Shown here in pieces: positions 58,625-64,000 of a stretch of 64,000 nucleotides of DNA (position 1 is the stretch's first letter; each line of letters begins with the position of its first letter). The notes below the pieces were generated by a model. It saw nothing but the letters and a program-made list of their open reading frames with translations, was not told where the DNA came from and searched no databases. The stretch lies in the NCBI GenBank assembly GCA_002269645.1, contig NIVC01001101.1, positions 186,001 through 250,000 on the forward strand. The letters run 5' to 3'. The position numbers and the translations under genes are program-made. The stretch is from Macrostomum lignano. Its lineage: Eukaryota.

Positions 58625-59451
58625 CAGTGTTAGGCATAGGTCTGATACTTTGATACTCTGATAGTATTGCCAATACCATTTGAGTATTGGAGTATCAGAC
58701 CTCGTTACTTTTTTCTCAGTATTGGGCCTTGGTATTGCCAATACATTTTCTTAAGTCCAATAATCCAATGCATTTAATCAAACTAATTGTAATAAATTTG
58801 ACTAAAAAGCCTAGAAAGTATTAAAGAAAGTAACAGGAAGTAAGGAAAGGACATTCTCCGTGCAAAGCGCACTCCACTGGCCAATTTGACGCTCATCAGG
58901 CTAGTACTTCTCCAGGGCAACCAGCATATCCCACTTGAGCCACTCTGAATTGAATTCTAAAATGATATTAGCTATTAAGCAAGTAGGTTCCTGTTAAATT
59001 GTTCATAAATTTAATTTAGTGAAAGTCAAGTAACATCTCATTTCTAATTAATGAGTTTGAATTTTTACTTATCATGCACATTATTATTTTTATATCATCT
59101 ATTATGTAGTCTTTTCATCTTAATGTACTATGTAGGTGCAAATGCTAATATAAATATAATGAAAATTTATAACAATATTTTGCCTATTTAATCTTCTTCT
59201 CTGGTCAGCCAACAGCCATGTCTCACTAGTCTTTAGTGTCTAAAAATTAAGTAGCTAAGAGCTTTTTCTTCAATTTTGGCTTGATAGATGCAGAAAAGTG
59301 AGAAAACGTAAAAAATGATATATTGGATCAAGTATCGGAATAAAGTATCGCATGATACTCAAATTTTTGTATTGGACCAACAAATATCGCCAATATCTTT
59401 TAGAGTATCACTTTAAAATGATACTTTTTTAAAGTATTGTGCCCAACACTG
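58625..59451. mobile_element. hAT-type non-autonomous element with a perfect 8-bp TSD
   Basis: TIRs cagtgttaggca / tgcccaacactg. TSD gttctaag at 58617-58624 and 59452-59459. Confidence 0.85.
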
Positions 59452-60148
59452 GTTCTAAGCTATAAATATAAATGTATACAAACTATATCTATCATCTGAG
59501 CATTAAAATAGTATTTTAGTTACCCAAATAACCTTTGCTTATTACCAAAAGGACTGTACTAGCTATTATTTAAATGGTAACTAAAACAAATACTAATTTT
59601 ATCTAATATATAACACTTATAGGCCTAGCCTAGCTATGCCTATGTACCATGGTATAATTATATTTGACTATAGATAAATCTAACTTTTTAAAGTGAATAG
59701 GCCTAAGTTGCATTTTTATTTGTTTCTTTTGAAACATCATTCATACATTGCATTATTAGTAGTATGAGCTAATAAAAATGCAATAAAGTGCCAACTTTGT
59801 AATCATTTTCTAAAGTAAACACCTTAATAAGCAAAGTCCTGCCAAAAAAACTGGAAGACCATAGGCCTCTTTGGTCAAGAAATGATGTTTATATTGACAA
59901 CTCTAACTTTAGGACTCAAACATTGCATGGTAAAATGGAATAACCAAGGACAACTAAAGCAACGCATCTACTTTAGTTGTTCTTGGAAATTAACATTGTA
60001 TTATAAAAATTGTGGTCTCAGCTTTTTGAACATTGTTATTGTTGTAGATCTAAGATATTAGGACAGATATAATGGTTTAAGCACATTAGACCATGATCCT
60101 AAGACAATAAAAAGTTGTTTCCCTCCTGTTATACCAATATACTTCACC

Positions 60149-60351
60149 CAGTGGCGTAGCCAGGATTTCCTTCTAGGGGGGGGGGGGTCACAGACACAGT
60201 CAGTCAGGCTCACAGCGTCAGCAGCAACCGTGGCCCGGGGGCAGGGGGTGCTAGGCCTCTGGGGAGGGGGCATGGATCAGCCTGGCCTTGATCAGCCGGC
60301 GGGACTCGGGAGGGGGGTCATAACCATGACCCCCCCTTGGCTACGCCCCTG
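60149..60351. mobile_element. Small hAT-like MITE
   Basis: TIRs cagtggcgtagcca / tggctacgcccctg; no clean TSD. Confidence 0.65.
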
Positions 60352-60789
60352 GTCCTCACCTGAACTCAACTGAACTGCAGTGTGTCACTATGTACGAATG
60401 TTACGAATACGAATACGATTAAACAGTGTTTCTTGGAAAAAAACAATTTTAGAATTTTAGAATTAAGATACAAGAATCGAGATTTTTCAAGAATTTTCTA
60501 GTTTACCTTATATATGAAACAATCATGTAAAAATACTTTTAATTACCTAAAACAAAAATATACAAATTTTTAAAAAACATTTTTGTTTGTTTTGTTTAAA
60601 TACGTTCAAACCGTCAGGTTTAGATTTATCGAATTATCTGTGTGCGGAAAGTACACTTATTAACAAGGCCATCCGCGCTGAACAAATCCGCGACTTTGAT
60701 GGCACTGACTTAAAGGCTCTGACTGAGCGCCTCACAACCTTAGAGAAAACAACAAAGGAAGCCAATCAACAGGTGGTTTCCAAGGACCA

Positions 60790-61090
60790 CTGTATATAGC
60801 TATATACAGTGGTCCTTGCTCTGAGGCTGGCCTTCAGTGTGCGATGAACTCGCTCGATCATGCCGTTGGCCTTAGGATTATATGCGGCCGTGCGGATGTG
60901 ACGGACGCCGAGAAGATTCACCAGGTTAATTTGCCCATTAGTTCCGAGCGAAATTGAGCTCCTTGGTCTGCATGTGATGAGTGTTAACGGTGGGCCAAAT
61001 CGACAAACCCAGTGGGCAACGAAGGCTTGTGCAACAACCGTACTGGTGATCGATTGCAATGGGATTGCTTCGACCCAGCGGGAGTACTCA
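60790..61090 (-). mobile_element. LTR-retrotransposon integrase core fragment
   Basis: SRWVEAIPL...FVAHWVCRFGPP...TAAYNPKANGMIERVHRTLKASL. Confidence 0.85.
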
Positions 61091-61569
61091 AAAGAAAGTA
61101 CTTTTATTAAACGCAAAGGACAGTGGGAAAAAGGCGCTACAAACTAATTAATAATTTTGCTGCATGGGGACAAAACATAGCTAAAATGAGTGCCTGTGGC
61201 GCTAAAATGGTGCCTGCGGCGCTAAAATGATCGTGTTTGCGGCGCCAAAATGAGTGTCTGCGGCGCCAAAAGAATGCTGACAACACCGATTCTGGAAAGA
61301 ATGTACATATGTAGGGATTTAGTCGTGTACGATTAGCCGTCATCACAATAGGCTAGAGCTTTCTGAATTGTTGGAGTAAAGTAAATTGCAAAAGTTTAGC
61401 AGGGACACGGTGGAAGCCAAACAATTTTTTGAATCCTCCAGCCTCCACAAACTGCTGAGGTCCACTTGCTGCCTGAAGGCCGCCTCGATGCGCTCATCGC
61501 GGGGGACTCGCCTGAAGCCCTGCAGCTGGAGCTCAGTGAGCCTCGATGCTGGTGAGGGCGGCGGCAGTC

Positions 61570-62385
61570 AGTCTGAGCATCTGGGAGAGCAGCAGTCTGA
61601 GCATCTGGGAGAGCAGCAGTCTGAGCATCTGGGAGAGCAGTCAGCAGTGAAAGCATCTGGAAGAGCAGCAGTCTGAGCATCTGGGAGAGCAGTCAGCAGT
61701 GAAAGCATCTGGGAGAGCAGCAGTCTGAGCATCTGGGAGAGCAGTCAGCAGTGTGAGCATCCGGGAGAGCAGCAGTCTGAGCATCTGGGAGAGCAGTCAG
61801 CAGTGTGAGCATCTGGGAGAGCAGCAGTCTGAGCATCTGGGAGAGCAGTCAGCAGTGTGAGCATCTGGGAGAGCAGTCAGCAGTGTGAGCATCTGGGAGA
61901 GCAGCAGTCTGAGCATCTGGGAGAGCAGTCAGCAGTGTGAGCATCTGGGAGAGCAGCAGTCTGAGCATCTGGGAGAGCAGTCAGCAGTCTGAGCATCTGG
62001 GAGAGCAGTCAGCAGTGTGAGCATCTGGGAGAGCAGTCAGCAGTGTGAGCATCTGGGAGAGCAGTCAGCAGTGTGAGCATCTGGGAGAGCAGTCAGCAGT
62101 GTGAGCATCTGGGAGAGCAGTCAGCAGTGTGAGCACCTGGGAGAGCAGCAGTCTGAGCATCTGGGAGAGCAGTCAGCAGTGTGAGCATCTGGGAGAGCAG
62201 TCAGCAGTGTGAGCATCTGGGAGAGCAGACAGCAGTGTGAGCACCTGGGAGAGCAGCAGTCTGAGCATCTGGGAGAGCAGTCAGCAGTGTGAGCATCTGG
62301 GAGAGCAGTCAGCAGTGTGAGCATCTGGGAGAGCAGTCAGCAGTCTGAGCATCTGGGAGAGCAGTCAGCAGTCTGAGCATCTGAC
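61570..62385. repeat. ~25-28-bp minisatellite (gagcatctgggagagcagtcagcagtgt)
   Basis: Directly visible. Confidence 0.93.
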
Positions 62386-62695
62386 ATAATCTGACATCAT
62401 ATGATATCGTGTCATATGAACATAAGTAGTTTATGTGATATCATATGTAATGTACATGTAGGAATTTACAGTATATACATGTAGTCATGTATGAAATTCT
62501 GGGCCTCCCCCCTCCCCCCCCCACTATAGACGTGGGCCATTTAATGGAAACAAAAAATTACACAGCAGTAGCTATATTGTTAACAGTATCTAACAGCTAG
62601 ATGTCTCAAACTTATATTTATATATATTCTTGAAAATCAATCAAGTTACACGCATTTATAGACACATGCATCTCTGTAGTATTCAGGGGCAAGCT

Positions 62696-63100
62696 TTAAA
62701 CTTGTGTTATTTTAATGTGCATGAAAGTATTCTGACGATCAAGTGTTGTAGTGTCAGTCCGGATCGTTACACCAGAACTATCCGCAATATCGCTTAGAGC
62801 CGGAAAGCCGACAGGCAATTTGAAACGTAAATCTTCACCTGCCATATCATTGTTGGGCTCGCCGCTGCCCCACACAGTCGGGCTGACGCTGGTGTTGCAG
62901 CCAATCCAGAAAAATCTGTCATCTGGCTCAGTACTGCCAGGGTACTGGCGGCCTCCAGAGTTGTAGGTGGATAAAATCACGTCGATGTGGCTCAGTTCCT
63001 CAGCGCTGGTCACGTCGGCCATGATGACCAGACCGCTCGGCGCTCTCTGACTCGCACTTCTGCCTGCTCTGCAACCACGTCCCGATGCCAGAGTACAGCA
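62696..63100 (-). pseudogene. C-type lectin-like domain exon with a 1-nt frameshift
   Basis: [13 protein letters not shown]...[16 protein letters not shown]...FWIG...WGSGEPNND (EPN motif). The C-terminal cysteines are not evident. Confidence 0.55.
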
Positions 63101-63102
63101 GA

Positions 63103-63320
<218 letters not shown>

Positions 63321-63517
63321 TACTGACTGTCTGTTTTTCTTTCCCGCCTGTCTATCTAGCTTGTTCTGCAAATAACAATCGAATTTTCCACAAAACTTTG
63401 ATATTAAAAAATTAGTAAGCAAGGCACTCTACTAACAGTAATAAAGTATTGAGTAGACTGTAAAAGTTGTAGAAACTGTGGAAGTAAACATTTTTTCTAA
63501 GTTTGATCAACGAGCTT

Positions 63518-64000
63518 TAGCACCAGGGGCTTTAGCACCAGGGGCTTTAGCACCAGGGGCTTTAGCACCAGGGGCTTTAGCACCAGGGGCTTTAGCACCA
63601 GGGGCTTTAGCACCAGGGGCTTTAGCACCAGGGGCTTTAGCACCAGGGGCTTTAGCACCAGGGGCTTTAGCACCAGGGGCTTTAGCACCAGGGGCTTTAG
63701 CACCAGGGGCTTTAGCACCAGGGGCTTTAGCACCAGGGGCTTTAGCACCAGGGGCTTTAGCACCAGGGGCTTTAGCACCAGGGGCTTTAGCACCAGGGGC
63801 TTTAGCACCAGGGGCGCCAGCACCAGGGGCGCCAGCACCAGGGGCGCCAGCACCAGGGGCGCCAGCACCAGGGGCGCCAGCACCAGGGGCGCCAGCACCA
63901 GGGGCGCCAGCACCAGGGGCGCCAGCACCAGGGGCGCCAGCACCAGGGGCGCCAGCACCAGGGGCGCCAGCACCAGGGGCGCCAGCACCAGGGGCGCCAG
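63518..64000. repeat. 15-bp minisatellite (gcaccaggggcttta, then gcaccaggggcgcca)
   Basis: Directly visible; runs off the right edge. Confidence 0.96.

Noticed and set aside
61390-61570. Possible further minus-strand exon (…FRRVPRDERIEAAFRQQVDLSSLWRLEDSKNC…)
   Set aside because: It looks coding-like, but the frame and partner exons cannot be fixed and no family is recognised.
63497-63988. LAPLV/LKPLV ORF (also the RRQHQ ORF at 45476-45829)
   Set aside because: These are translations of 15-bp satellites.

Overview
Eukaryotic genomic DNA with spliceosomal introns and no prokaryotic features. GC-rich exons and satellite-filled introns suggest a free-living flatworm such as Macrostomum (inference). 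The left ~20 kb is a nest of decayed mobile elements. A Helitron-like element carrying an OTU-protease exon is inserted into a Polinton/adintovirus-like remnant (PLA2-integrase plus small ORFs). Next come a Penelope fragment and an intronless two-repeat TBP-like pseudogene, then mariner, R2-like and Ty3/Gypsy elements. From 20 to 56 kb all recognisable host genes lie on the minus strand: two Zn-finger/coiled-coil/beta-rich (TRIM-like) paralogs, a 7-exon ABCH-like half transporter, five tandem SDR (HPGD-like) genes, two COA1-family genes and 3-exon TBCK. The right end has a full-length mariner with no CpG at all, hAT-type MITEs, an integrase fragment and a disrupted C-type lectin exon. The most interesting signals are the minimal TBP-like gene in a virus-like context, the CpG-void block, and a COA1-like gene that may lack its own start codon. 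Splice models and alternative-frame translations were read by eye, and family assignments come from motif recognition, not database searches.
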